Positions 51,576 through 61,602 of a stretch of 64,000 nucleotides of DNA are shown piece by piece. The notes under the pieces are model-generated. The model did no database searches, was not told where the DNA came from, and was given only the letters and a program-made list of their open reading frames with translations. A program made the position numbers and the translations under genes. Each line of letters begins with the position of its first letter. Position 1 is the stretch's first letter. Source of the DNA: a virus (taxonomy: Duplodnaviria > Heunggongvirae > Uroviricota > Caudoviricetes); IMG/VR virus record IMGVR_UViG_3300022747_000014; one strand, written 5' to 3'.

Positions 51576-52668
51576 ATTTTGTGCAGACATACACAACAAC
51601 CTAGCATTGACGTTAACTAGCCGTGGTATACAAGTTGGTGCATGTTGTTGGTACAAAGATACATCGATTGCACAAATTGGTGACGATGTTTGGAACACTC
51701 AAAAGTTAGTAGACCTGCGTGAACTAAACAAAACCGATCAGTTGCATAGCAAGGGCTGTGAGCAGTGCATCTATATGGAAAAACATGGCGGCACAAGTCG
51801 ACGTACAGGGGTTAACTCTTACTACAATTCAACTGCAACTGATCTGCCGGGGCCACGTGGCCTAGAGATTAAGATTGATTACACCTGTAACATTGCCTGC
51901 GTATACTGTGGTCCATACAACAGTACTAAATGGCGGCTAGAGGAAAACACTCCCAAGACTGTGTTTCCTATTAGACTTAGTAAACCCGACATTATTGCAC
52001 TGCTAGATACACTTGATCTTTCTAATTTAGATAACATACATTTTTACGGTGGAGATCCACTGTTTACTGACACGCACGAAGTTATCTTAAATTACATAGA
52101 TCAACGAGTTGGATTAAAGAACATATATGCATGGTACAACACCAATGGCACTATCAAGGTATCGCAACGTGTATTAGATCTCTGGGCAAAGTGTCGTTTG
52201 ATCAAAGTGTTCTTTAGCATTGACGATGTTGGTCCAAGATTTGAGTTTATTCGTTATGGTGCGGTGTGGAGCGAAGCTGAAGAAAACATGCTGTGGTACA
52301 AGGACACCTGCCCAGTTAACACAATGTTTACCATTCAGCCTACTATGAGTTGTCTAAACACTTTACACCATTACGAGTTGTTAAACTGGAAAAAGAAATA
52401 CTTTGATACTAACCGCCTGGGTGATGTAACAGATGTAACTAGACACAATGTATTTAGGTCATTTGAATTGGATTCTATGCCCGATGAATTGATGAAAAAA
52501 TGTCTAGACTATAATAAAGATGACCCGTGGTTCAACACCTTTGTGCAGTCATTTAAATTTAACGCTGAAAAATACAACCACACCAAAGCTAAGATAGCAG
52601 AACTTAGCGCAAGACGAAATTTAGATTTTGCTAAAATCTTCCCGGACCTGGCTCCATATTTTTGTTAA
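51568..52668 (+). CDS. radical SAM enzyme with Cys-rich N-terminal extension
   Basis: CNIACVYC (Cx3Cx2C) at aa 107-114, GGDPLF glycine-rich motif; N-terminal ACCW / CEQC cysteines. Overlaps the helicase stop by 8 nt. Confidence 0.7.
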   Translation: MSKFCADIHNNLALTLTSRGIQVGACCWYKDTSIAQIGDDVWNTQKLVDLRELNKTDQLHSKGCEQCIYMEKHGGTSRRTGVNSYYNSTATDLPGPRGLEIKIDYTCNIACVYCGPYNSTKWRLEENTPKTVFPIRLSKPDIIALLDTLDLSNLDNIHFYGGDPLFTDTHEVILNYIDQRVGLKNIYAWYNTNGTIKVSQRVLDLWAKCRLIKVFFSIDDVGPRFEFIRYGAVWSEAEENMLWYKDTCPVNTMFTIQPTMSCLNTLHHYELLNWKKKYFDTNRLGDVTDVTRHNVFRSFELDSMPDELMKKCLDYNKDDPWFNTFVQSFKFNAEKYNHTKAKIAELSARRNLDFAKIFPDLAPYFC

Positions 52669-52953
52669 AACCCTTTCTTACTATTTTCGCTAAATATAAA
52701 CAATTGGAGTAAATCTTGCAGAAACGTACTCGTAGTATATTAGATGAGCTGGATACCTTGTTAAGTCATAAAGACAGAGCAAGTCTGGTTGAGAGTCGTG
52801 CTATCCATGTGATACAGGGCGCCATCAATCTAATAAATTTTATACGTGAAAATTACGATAGTGAGCAAGCAGGTGAGTTAGAACGCAGATTACTTAACAG
52901 TATTCGAGCACAAGAACCTGATAAATTCCGCCGCGGCGTTAGGAGATTTAAGG

Positions 52954-53754
52954 GTGAAGATTAAAGATGTTATCAATGAAGCTTGGGGCATGGGCTATGA
53001 CCCCAAGACCGGCAGAGCTAAGGGTGTACTAGGCAATGTAATCAGCAATGTTGTTGGTGCAGAAAACTACGGCGACACTGGCGAATGGAATATCAATCGC
53101 AAAGATAAAGCAGCGGCTAAACAGTACGCCAAGAATGTTGTAAATAATATCAAGGGCAATGCCGGTGCAGCCGCTGATGCAATGGTTAACAAAACTGAAG
53201 TTCCTGCTCCTCAAGCCACTAAATTCCAGCAACAGTTTGAATTAGTAGATAACGATCCTCCTACTGTGCAATACAAGAACAACACATTCCAACGTGATCA
53301 ATATGGCAAATGGATTGATTTTAGAACTGGTAAAGAAGCACCTGAACGTTTTACATCGATTCTAGATAAAGTTAGCCCACTTGCAACTTCTACAGAACCT
53401 GCAGGTACAAGTTTACCAGTAGGTGCAACTGGTAAGCCCACAGGTGGTCCAAAAACAGCAGCCAAAAAGCCATGGGCTCCAAGATCAACAGGTCCAGCAG
53501 TATGGAGAAGTAACCGTCCTGCTGCTACTGCACCTGCTGCTACACCCACACAGGCCAAAGCACGTATGATTAGAAACAATGATGGCAGCATCACTGTAAC
53601 TGACAAGCTGGGCAAGAAATGGTCTATGCCTGCCAACATTAATGCATGGCGCGACGAATCCGGTACATTATATCAACCCGGTCATCCAGAATACGAAAAG
53701 CTATCTAATTTTGTTAAAAATCTACGCGAGACATCAAGTCCTAAAAGACACTGA
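52954..53754 (+). CDS. hypothetical protein (low-complexity, Ala/Pro/Thr-rich centre)
   Basis: 266 aa. Confidence 0.5.
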   Translation: MKIKDVINEAWGMGYDPKTGRAKGVLGNVISNVVGAENYGDTGEWNINRKDKAAAKQYAKNVVNNIKGNAGAAADAMVNKTEVPAPQATKFQQQFELVDNDPPTVQYKNNTFQRDQYGKWIDFRTGKEAPERFTSILDKVSPLATSTEPAGTSLPVGATGKPTGGPKTAAKKPWAPRSTGPAVWRSNRPAATAPAATPTQAKARMIRNNDGSITVTDKLGKKWSMPANINAWRDESGTLYQPGHPEYEKLSNFVKNLRETSSPKRH

Positions 53755-53769
53755 ATGTTATAATATAGT

Positions 53770-54876
53770 ATGAAGTTAGATTTTATTGATTATCTGTTTG
53801 AGTCCACAATTGACGCAAGTAACCCTAGAATTCCGCATCCTGAAGACAGTATCTTTGTGGGGTCAGCTGAGTCACAGCGCACAGTAGATGATATCGCAGC
53901 GATAATCAGAGATCCTCGTGGTATTACTATCAAGTGGGACGGCGGCATTGCTTTGTACTTTGGACACACAGCAGATGGACGATTCTTTGTGTCTGACAAG
54001 TATATGTACCCAAAAGGCATATATGCAACTAGCCCAGAACAATGGGTAGAGTACGATCACAATAAAAAGAACGGCAAAATACGAACTGACTTGCCCGCTA
54101 AACTAACTATGATTTGGCAGGGTCTTAAAGAATCGGTGGGCGAAACACCGGGTGTATTCATGGGCGACCTAATGCACACTGGAAAGTTACCATTGGTCAA
54201 CGGAAATTTTGTTTTTAAACCAACCACAGTAACTTACTCTATCCCAGAGAATAGCCCAATGGGCAAATTGGTACGTGGCAAGAGTGGCATCATGGTTGTG
54301 CACAAATACAATGATCGCCCGTGGGACGGGGTTACAGGTTTAACCAATAACAGCAACGTGGCTATTATTAGTCCCACTGCCGGAAACTCTTTTGTATTAA
54401 ACGAACCCACTAACTTGTTGAATGCGGCCTATGCTGCTATCAGTTCGTACGGTAGTCTAGCAGACGAGTTTAGAACCGGAGTTGGTACTAAATCTGCTAT
54501 GGGCACGTTAAAAACATTCTTTAACAAAAAGATCACAGGACAGCAAATCAATGGCGAGCCCATTGACAGCGTTGCTCAGTATCTAACACATTATCCTGCA
54601 CAACACAAGAAGCTAATTGGTGACGGCGAAACTGGCTATATCCCACAGCATATGGCAGGATACGAAGCATTGATTGCTATTTGGAACGCAATTTATGCAC
54701 TAAAAGTAAACCTAGTACAACAATTAAATGCACAAGTGCAGGGCTTTGGGCAAACAATTGACGGTAAAGCCGGCGGAGAAGGGTTTGTATTCCCAACTTC
54801 TACTGGATTATCCAAGCTAGTTATACGTGATGCAACCGGTTTCGGCGGCACACATTTCAACAAAAATCCATCTTAA
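53770..54876 (+). CDS. putative nucleotidyltransferase-superfamily ligase (RNA ligase-like)
   Basis: ITIKWDGGIAL resembles ligase motif I KxDG; later GEGFVF (motif IV-like) and KLVIRD...HFNK. Tentative. Confidence 0.4.
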   Translation: MKLDFIDYLFESTIDASNPRIPHPEDSIFVGSAESQRTVDDIAAIIRDPRGITIKWDGGIALYFGHTADGRFFVSDKYMYPKGIYATSPEQWVEYDHNKKNGKIRTDLPAKLTMIWQGLKESVGETPGVFMGDLMHTGKLPLVNGNFVFKPTTVTYSIPENSPMGKLVRGKSGIMVVHKYNDRPWDGVTGLTNNSNVAIISPTAGNSFVLNEPTNLLNAAYAAISSYGSLADEFRTGVGTKSAMGTLKTFFNKKITGQQINGEPIDSVAQYLTHYPAQHKKLIGDGETGYIPQHMAGYEALIAIWNAIYALKVNLVQQLNAQVQGFGQTIDGKAGGEGFVFPTSTGLSKLVIRDATGFGGTHFNKNPS

Positions 54877-54946
54877 CGGCCGCTTTTTTACAATCTTCAT
54901 AAATAAATGTATGCGTGAAAGCGCACACATTTAAGGAGAATTAAAA

Positions 54947-55357
54947 ATGGCTATCCAAACACGTTATGCAGGTGATGCATTACCAGTTCTAAACGTAGAC
55001 GCAGGTCTAACAAGTCCAGCTTCTAGCACTGGCATCGTTATTGCTACAGGTCTTACAAAAGTTCCTACAGCATTGAAAATTTTATTAGGCAACAGCCAAA
55101 ACTTTGGCGCTGGTGAAATGGCTACAGGTGGTGCAGTTGAAACCATCTTGCGTCAAATCGCTATCGACAGTACTGTTGTTATGTACCAAGTTGAAGCAAC
55201 TGGCGGTCAATTGAGCGTTTTAGTTGAAGCAACTGGAACTGACGCAACAGGTATCCAAACACGTTTACGTGCTATCGCTGGCAACATCGGTGTTGGCGCA
55301 AACGTATGGATGGGCGGCGGCGTTACTGTTACAAACAGTGGCTTCAAACTAGCCTAA
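54947..55357 (+). CDS. hypothetical protein, likely abundant virion/decoration protein
   Basis: 136 aa, Gly/Ala/Thr-rich; strong RBS AAGGAGAATTAAAAATG and a strong terminator downstream. Confidence 0.55.
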   Translation: MAIQTRYAGDALPVLNVDAGLTSPASSTGIVIATGLTKVPTALKILLGNSQNFGAGEMATGGAVETILRQIAIDSTVVMYQVEATGGQLSVLVEATGTDATGIQTRLRAIAGNIGVGANVWMGGGVTVTNSGFKLA

Positions 55358-55384
55358 TCATTAGTTAACACTAATATCAAAAAG

Positions 55385-55409
55385 AGCGTCTTATTAGGCG
55401 CTTTTTTTG
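55385..55409 (+). terminator. rho-independent terminator
   Basis: AGCGTC-TTATTA-GGCGCT followed by TTTTTTT. Confidence 0.7.
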
Positions 55410-55861
55410 TGGCCGCTAAATACTGTATGAGCAATACCGGATTACAATTATTTCAAGGAATTACATTAGTGGACATCACTGCCACTGGTGTTACTCGCAG
55501 TAACGATCCGGACAGCATTGAGCGTAACCAACAACGAAATTGGGAAACTGTTTTACAGTGCATGGGACTAAGATCCCAACCACAAAATATTACTTCGCCT
55601 GTTAAGGTGACGTTTGATTTAAGTCTTCTTGAGTTTGGTGATTTATATACCAACGAACAAGCGGTGTGGACATGGACTTGGACAGTGGACCAGTCAGAGG
55701 TTTACGATCTTCCTGGTAAAAAGCTAGGTGGTCTGATTAAAGATTTTGAGCAAGTGCCTATTATAGTTGGACTAGCAGAGACAGCACGTTTTATGTTGCC
55801 TATCTTCTATCCTCATGGTGCAATTAAAAACATATACTTTAAACAGATCCGGGCTGAATAA
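55409..55861 (+). CDS. hypothetical protein
   Basis: 150 aa. Confidence 0.5.
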   Translation: MAAKYCMSNTGLQLFQGITLVDITATGVTRSNDPDSIERNQQRNWETVLQCMGLRSQPQNITSPVKVTFDLSLLEFGDLYTNEQAVWTWTWTVDQSEVYDLPGKKLGGLIKDFEQVPIIVGLAETARFMLPIFYPHGAIKNIYFKQIRAE

Positions 55862-56331
55862 ATAAAAAATGAGTCACTGAGTGACATAAAAATAAGAGAG
55901 ACCGGACCAAAATGGCATCCACAGATATTGAAAAGAAAAGCCTTGAAGCACACGTAGAGTTATGTGCAGAGCGTTATAAAAATCTAGACGAACGTCTGGA
56001 GAGTTTAGATACTCGTATGGGAAAAATTGAAACGCTAATTAGCGAGGTAAAACAAGCAATTGCTTCGGCGCCCAACGAGTCTAACAAAACAATCATTGCC
56101 ATTGGAACCACTATATTTGGTGCATTGGTTGGTGCAATAATTACATTAATAGTACATCTAAAATGAAAGTAGTTGAACTAATCAATAACATTACCCTACC
56201 GTTAACAAACGAACAAGCGGATCTATTGGGTAGGTTTACTCAAGAACCTAAGATCTACAAAAAGTCTCTCAGTGAAAGAGAGCAAGTCATTGCAAATCAA
56301 TTAACAGTGCAGGACGTATTGCTACGTCTCA

Positions 56332-56868
56332 ATGAAAATGGCCAAATCATCTATCAGAAAAAAATACGTTGAAGAAACTCCTAGGGAAATCCTAGAAACA
56401 ATCGACTATGCTGCCAGTTACATCAAAGACTGGACTAACAAAGAGATTGTTAGAATACGAACAGAAAAAGACACACCTATTATTGTAGCCACTAAAAATG
56501 GCTACAAGATTGGGCGTTTCCGTTTACAAGTGTTGCAGAACAAGACTTGTGAAGTATATAATGCACACAACGAACTCATCCATAGATTCGAGAACAAAGT
56601 AAGTGCAGTACTGTTTACAATCTATACTTCTAAAAGTTTTTATCGTTCAGCGGACCAAATATTGATGTGGGACACAGAAATAAATAAAAACTATACAGAT
56701 GTACTGAGCCTACGCCGTGCAGTAACAGGTGCAATTAAGATAAACGACTATGATCTTGCTGATATTAGGCAATCTCGGTTAGAAATTGCACAATCGAGAC
56801 TGGAAAATGCTCGAAACAAAATATCAAATTTGCACAAGCAGGCTAAATATAATAAAGTTTGGGAATAA
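56332..56868 (+). CDS. hypothetical protein
   Basis: 178 aa. Confidence 0.45.
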   Translation: MKMAKSSIRKKYVEETPREILETIDYAASYIKDWTNKEIVRIRTEKDTPIIVATKNGYKIGRFRLQVLQNKTCEVYNAHNELIHRFENKVSAVLFTIYTSKSFYRSADQILMWDTEINKNYTDVLSLRRAVTGAIKINDYDLADIRQSRLEIAQSRLENARNKISNLHKQAKYNKVWE

Positions 56869-57584
56869 CAACTATGCGACTATCAGAAATGCACACAGCA
56901 GTAACACCACAGAAAATCAACAAAGTAATGGAAAGCCGCTTTGGGTTTACAGTGGATTACGATAACATGAGCTATGCTAAAGCTCAACGTTTAAACAAAG
57001 CTCTTTCAGAGAGCATGAACTCTATTAGAAAAAGCTTCGGCGCTCACACCGCTGAAAAGAATCCACGTTACATTGAGTTAATGTTGGTTAAAGAAGGCCT
57101 GGGCAAGTGGCTCAATAGCGAACAAGGTTTGCTAGAAAGCGAAATGGGTCGTAGTGAAGCTGTATTAGCTGCCAAAGACATTGTTGACAGTGTACAAGAC
57201 ATGCTAGAAAAGATCAGCAAGATCCAAAACGAACAAGTTCCTGCATTGATTGACACTATCCGTGACCAAATCGGTGGCGAACAAGCAGAACAATTCAAGG
57301 CTTCTGTTAGCCCAATGTTAACTGAATTGTATTCAGCATTGAGCACAGCACGTGAAGGCAGTGATACTGCTGTTCGTGCACTAGCCGGAGAAGACGTTGG
57401 TACTCCAATGGGCATGGGCGGTATGGGTAGTGACCCTACTGGCGGCATGGGCGGTAGCGCAGACATGGGAATGGGCACTAGCGACTTAGACACAGATATG
57501 GATACATTTGATGCTGAGCCTGCTGCTGTAGGCGGCGACATTGAAGACACTGCAACTCCTGAATTAGGTAGAAGTCGTCGTTAA
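56859..57584 (+). CDS. hypothetical structural protein with Gly/Met-rich acidic C-terminus (scaffold/internal-head-protein-like?)
   Basis: C-terminus GTPMGMGGMGSDPTGGMGGSADMGMGTSDLDTDMD. Confidence 0.5.
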   Translation: MGITTMRLSEMHTAVTPQKINKVMESRFGFTVDYDNMSYAKAQRLNKALSESMNSIRKSFGAHTAEKNPRYIELMLVKEGLGKWLNSEQGLLESEMGRSEAVLAAKDIVDSVQDMLEKISKIQNEQVPALIDTIRDQIGGEQAEQFKASVSPMLTELYSALSTAREGSDTAVRALAGEDVGTPMGMGGMGSDPTGGMGGSADMGMGTSDLDTDMDTFDAEPAAVGGDIEDTATPELGRSRR

Positions 57585-57585
57585 T

Positions 57586-58029
57586 ATGCGTATCCGCGAT
57601 ATTATATTTGAAGATGATTTGGGGCTTGACCCCATCGAAGACGAAGCAGATACTCGCGGCGACGAGGCCTTAATTACGGTCCTATATGGATTACGTGACG
57701 AGGCCGCGGTTAGTAACGCAGTGACTCCTCGCGTATCGATCAATGCCGTTATCGACCGTGTTGCTTCTATCCCGGGCAACGAGGCATTCAACTACACATT
57801 GTTAGTTAATGCCATGAACGATAACGAAACTGTAAAGAAGTTGGTCAAAGGCAAGCCCGAAGATGATCCTAAAACTGGTAAGAAGTACATTTACTTGCAA
57901 CCAGCCGATTCGATCATTGGCGGAGACGAAGATCCAAGTGACCCATTGGGTGCAGCAGATGCTCCTGCAGGCGATCCTTCTAAAACAGTTGACGGTATGG
58001 CTAAACGGGCTCTTGCAAAACGAAGCTAA
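57586..58029 (+). CDS. hypothetical protein
   Basis: 147 aa. Confidence 0.45.
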   Translation: MRIRDIIFEDDLGLDPIEDEADTRGDEALITVLYGLRDEAAVSNAVTPRVSINAVIDRVASIPGNEAFNYTLLVNAMNDNETVKKLVKGKPEDDPKTGKKYIYLQPADSIIGGDEDPSDPLGAADAPAGDPSKTVDGMAKRALAKRS

Positions 58030-58084
58030 GTTGTCTATACTGTTACTATGACACATAGTAATAACACTACTGGAACCCACATAT

Positions 58085-59149
58085 GTGGGTTTCGTCACGA
58101 AAGAACTCCGAAATCAAATATTAATGGAAATAATTAAGCACACCAATGGGTTTCCTTATGCATGGAAAGCCGGTAGGGTTGAACAACTAATACGTTCGAT
58201 ATTAGAAAACAAAGCAAGAGAACAGCTAAACGTCAACAGGGTAATGATCATTAACCCCACATGGATGCACGAAGACAATATCTCTCAAGACATCATTGAC
58301 AAGAACCCAGACTTTATTATCTGTCACAATTTTGTTGACCCTGTAGTTCCTAAAATATTTGAAGCCATTGAAAAATCTGGCAAGCCTTATTTGATACTAG
58401 GCAATGCTGTGCAGTATCGTATTGACTTCTGGGCTATGGTATGTGATTTGTATTTTCAAAATTACGAAGAACACGATGTTGCCATTAGAGACACGGCACG
58501 TAAGTATATCTGCTTGAATCGCAAGCCACATCCGCACAGGATACAGTTAGTGCACCATCTTCTAGATGCAGGACTACAAGGTAGCGGACACATTAGTTTA
58601 GGGTTACCTGGTGACAGGGCCATTGTAGTCGATACTGAGTTTAGGGAAGAACAAGGTATTGCAGACGAATATGGAAATCTCGGCGTTGAGGAAACCTTTG
58701 TTAGTAACAAGATACGCAATGATATTTTCAGCTTGGGTAATATGAATGTGTGGAAAGAATCATTCCTGTGCTTAGTAACTGAAACAGAGTTTAGTAATGT
58801 TGATCCTTACAATTTCTTTATAAGTGAAAAGACTTGGAAGCCTATTCTGGGCATGCGCCCATTCTTTGTATACGGTCAACCAAAGTTACGTGAGCATTTA
58901 AAACAATCGGGGTTTGACGTATTTGAAGATATATTTGATTATCGTTTAGTTGACGAAATGGCAGCTGATCCCATGCGCCAAGCTCAGTATGCACAGGTTG
59001 CAGTTGATGCAATTCAACGTGTCAAAGATCCAGCGGCAGAATATCAACGATTGTTTGGTCGATGTCAGCAAAACAAAAACAACTTTCGCAACTATGTATA
59101 CCAACAGTGGGATAAACTGTACAAATTGGACCTAACCAATTATGTTTGA
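58085..59149 (+). CDS. hypothetical protein; paralog of 59903-60865 (transferase-like?)
   Basis: C-terminal FISEKTWKPILGMRPFFVYGQPKLREHLKQSGFDVFEDIFD aligns with FWVTEKTARCLAIGKPFVLISGTGSLQNLKSQGFNIFDEWLN of ORF 59903. Confidence 0.55.
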   Translation: MGFVTKELRNQILMEIIKHTNGFPYAWKAGRVEQLIRSILENKAREQLNVNRVMIINPTWMHEDNISQDIIDKNPDFIICHNFVDPVVPKIFEAIEKSGKPYLILGNAVQYRIDFWAMVCDLYFQNYEEHDVAIRDTARKYICLNRKPHPHRIQLVHHLLDAGLQGSGHISLGLPGDRAIVVDTEFREEQGIADEYGNLGVEETFVSNKIRNDIFSLGNMNVWKESFLCLVTETEFSNVDPYNFFISEKTWKPILGMRPFFVYGQPKLREHLKQSGFDVFEDIFDYRLVDEMAADPMRQAQYAQVAVDAIQRVKDPAAEYQRLFGRCQQNKNNFRNYVYQQWDKLYKLDLTNYV

Positions 59150-59906
59150 AGTACCAAGTTGGTCAATGATATCTAATCCGTTTTCAATTCGCCATCAAGC
59201 TGGATTTGAAACAGATAAACTGTTAATTACAGTAGGCGACAGTTGGACCTACGGAGATAGCCTTGGCAATACCAAAGTCCGTGAGGGACGAGATGACACT
59301 GAATACCGCCTTGATCACGTTTACGGACAGTTGATGGCCCGGACTATGGACGTTGATTGGATGAATCTAGCATTGCCCGGTGGATCCAATATATTAATGG
59401 TAAACTGGGTGTCGCTGTTGTTAGACAGGTTAGACTCATTTCAGACGTACAAAGACATAACATGCGTTGTGACATTAACCGAATCGGGCAGGCACGAAGA
59501 TCTACAGTTAATAGACAAAAGTTTAGGTACACAGCAGCGTGTATTAGAAAAAATATTATTTGAAACATACGGAAAACTAACATTCATAATGCTAAAGCAT
59601 CCGCATATTAAGTTTCTAGTGGCTCACAACTTTACAGATGGTGCGAGTTCAATGCCTTGCCAGGAGTCCTGGTTAGAAGTCATGCTGGGTAAACAAATAC
59701 AAAACGGAACACATATTGTTGTTAGTGAGCATATAGATCAAATGAACTATGATTCACGTTTTCCCGACGTACTAGACATTATGGATCGTGCTGCTGCTAG
59801 AATGGACTTGTTAGACCAATGCCAATACTGTTATAAAGAAGACAGTCGTCATCCTAACGAACACGGTCATGCTATTTGGGCCAACTATCTATTAAGTAAA
59901 CTATGA
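59142..59906 (+). CDS. SGNH/GDSL-family hydrolase (esterase)
   Basis: LLITVGDSWTYGDSLG, the GDS(L) block I motif. Confidence 0.6.
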   Translation: MFEVPSWSMISNPFSIRHQAGFETDKLLITVGDSWTYGDSLGNTKVREGRDDTEYRLDHVYGQLMARTMDVDWMNLALPGGSNILMVNWVSLLLDRLDSFQTYKDITCVVTLTESGRHEDLQLIDKSLGTQQRVLEKILFETYGKLTFIMLKHPHIKFLVAHNFTDGASSMPCQESWLEVMLGKQIQNGTHIVVSEHIDQMNYDSRFPDVLDIMDRAAARMDLLDQCQYCYKEDSRHPNEHGHAIWANYLLSKL

Positions 59907-60865
59907 TAGAACAGGCAGTAACAATTACTCCCCATAAGATTACCATTGCTGGTCATCTATTTGTGCACAAAGATTATTCAATGACTAAGAAAGAGTTGTT
60001 GTTTGATGTGTTGAGCATGAATTACATTGGACAAAAGATACACATATTTTTCTGGGATGGGGAAAATACGCAGTTCAGTAACTTTATTGATTGTGTAAGA
60101 AATATTAGACAGTACTTTAATATTCCATTAGAGCAAATTACCATTGAGAGTCACGACCCTCATACTGAGGAGTTTGAGCATATACCGATGAGCCCAGGTA
60201 TATTCCATAGTACCGGCAGCTACTTGCCTGATAATTTTGTACATGACTATGCCAATGGCAAATTTGTTGGTGCATTACTAGGAAGATTTAATCCTACCAG
60301 GTTACGACTTGCGTACTCAATTGACCATGCATTTCCCAATGATAACTTTGTAGTGTTCCAACCTAAGCTACAACAGGTGCAACACGAATACAGACACTTT
60401 ATGCCGTTGTACCAGCAGGAGATGGACTGGTTAGAAAACAAGACATTTGACGTTGACATGCAAAGTACACACCATTCAGGCATGATAGACTGGCCAGCCA
60501 GTACTAAACAATATCCCAATGTGTGTAACCAGTATCAGATTGAAATTATATCCGAGACTGATGCATTTAGTGACTTCTGGGTCACTGAAAAGACTGCTAG
60601 ATGCCTGGCCATTGGCAAGCCGTTTGTGTTGATTTCCGGAACCGGTAGCCTACAAAATTTAAAGAGCCAGGGATTTAACATATTTGATGAATGGCTGAAT
60701 CCAGAATATGACCGGGCAGTTACTCCGACGTGGAGAATAAACATGGCCATGAATATGTTAAAGGACATTTACGATGCCCCGGACAGAGAGGACATAATAC
60801 AGCAGCTATACCATGTTGCAGCAAAGAACAAACAACTATACAAAGAATATATTAAGGCTAGATAA
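59903..60865 (+). CDS. hypothetical protein; paralog of 58085-59149
   Basis: See the paralog alignment above. Confidence 0.55.
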   Translation: MIEQAVTITPHKITIAGHLFVHKDYSMTKKELLFDVLSMNYIGQKIHIFFWDGENTQFSNFIDCVRNIRQYFNIPLEQITIESHDPHTEEFEHIPMSPGIFHSTGSYLPDNFVHDYANGKFVGALLGRFNPTRLRLAYSIDHAFPNDNFVVFQPKLQQVQHEYRHFMPLYQQEMDWLENKTFDVDMQSTHHSGMIDWPASTKQYPNVCNQYQIEIISETDAFSDFWVTEKTARCLAIGKPFVLISGTGSLQNLKSQGFNIFDEWLNPEYDRAVTPTWRINMAMNMLKDIYDAPDREDIIQQLYHVAAKNKQLYKEYIKAR

Positions 60866-61578
60866 TGATTACATCACCATACAATTACACTCCGTTAAAC
60901 CGAACAACCGTTGAGGGTAAACGACACTATTGTTTGCCGGACGGTAGCAAAGTACCCAGCGTCACTACTATACTAGACAAGACCAAAAGCGAAGAAAGCA
61001 AACAAGCCCTACTCAATTGGAAGAAGCGCACAGGGGAAAAACGAGCCCAAGAAATTACCACAGAAGCAGCTAATCGGGGGACTCGTATGCACAGTTATCT
61101 TGAGTCTTATGTGTTGAGCAATGACATGAAGCCTTTGCCCAGCAACCCGTTTGCACACCCAAGTTGGTTTATGGCAGCAGAAGTTATTCTTAAAGGACTA
61201 CAACCCAATGTAACTGAGTATTGGGGCAGCGAAGTTCCGGTGTATTATAGTGGGTTATATGCTGGTACAACAGACTGTATTGGTGTATGGAAAGGCAAGC
61301 CCGCTATTCTGGACTTTAAGCAAAGCAATCGTGTGAAAAAGCGGGAGTATATCAGTGATTACTTTCTGCAATTAGCAGCCTATGCACAGGCACACAACCA
61401 TACTTTTAATACCAAAATAGATACTGGGGTTATTTTAATGGCATGTCAGCCAAAAGAACTGCCAGAAGGCGGATATTCTACCCCAGAATACTTGGAATTT
61501 GAAATCACAGGCGAAGAATTTGCACACTGGACTGACGAATGGACCAAACGAGTTGAGCTATATTATCTGACAAACTAA
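60865..61578 (+). CDS. PD-(D/E)xK nuclease (YqaJ/Cas4-like fold)
   Basis: TTDCIGVW...ILDFKQS gives a D...(D/E)xK arrangement. 237 aa. Confidence 0.45.
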   Translation: MITSPYNYTPLNRTTVEGKRHYCLPDGSKVPSVTTILDKTKSEESKQALLNWKKRTGEKRAQEITTEAANRGTRMHSYLESYVLSNDMKPLPSNPFAHPSWFMAAEVILKGLQPNVTEYWGSEVPVYYSGLYAGTTDCIGVWKGKPAILDFKQSNRVKKREYISDYFLQLAAYAQAHNHTFNTKIDTGVILMACQPKELPEGGYSTPEYLEFEITGEEFAHWTDEWTKRVELYYLTN

Positions 61579-61602
61579 ATATAGTATTATTGGGATATTA
61601 GA

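Noticed and set aside
57068-57550. 160-aa antisense ORF rich in Ser/Pro/Met
   Set aside because: It is the reverse frame of the Gly/Met-rich low-complexity C-terminus of ORF 56859-57584.
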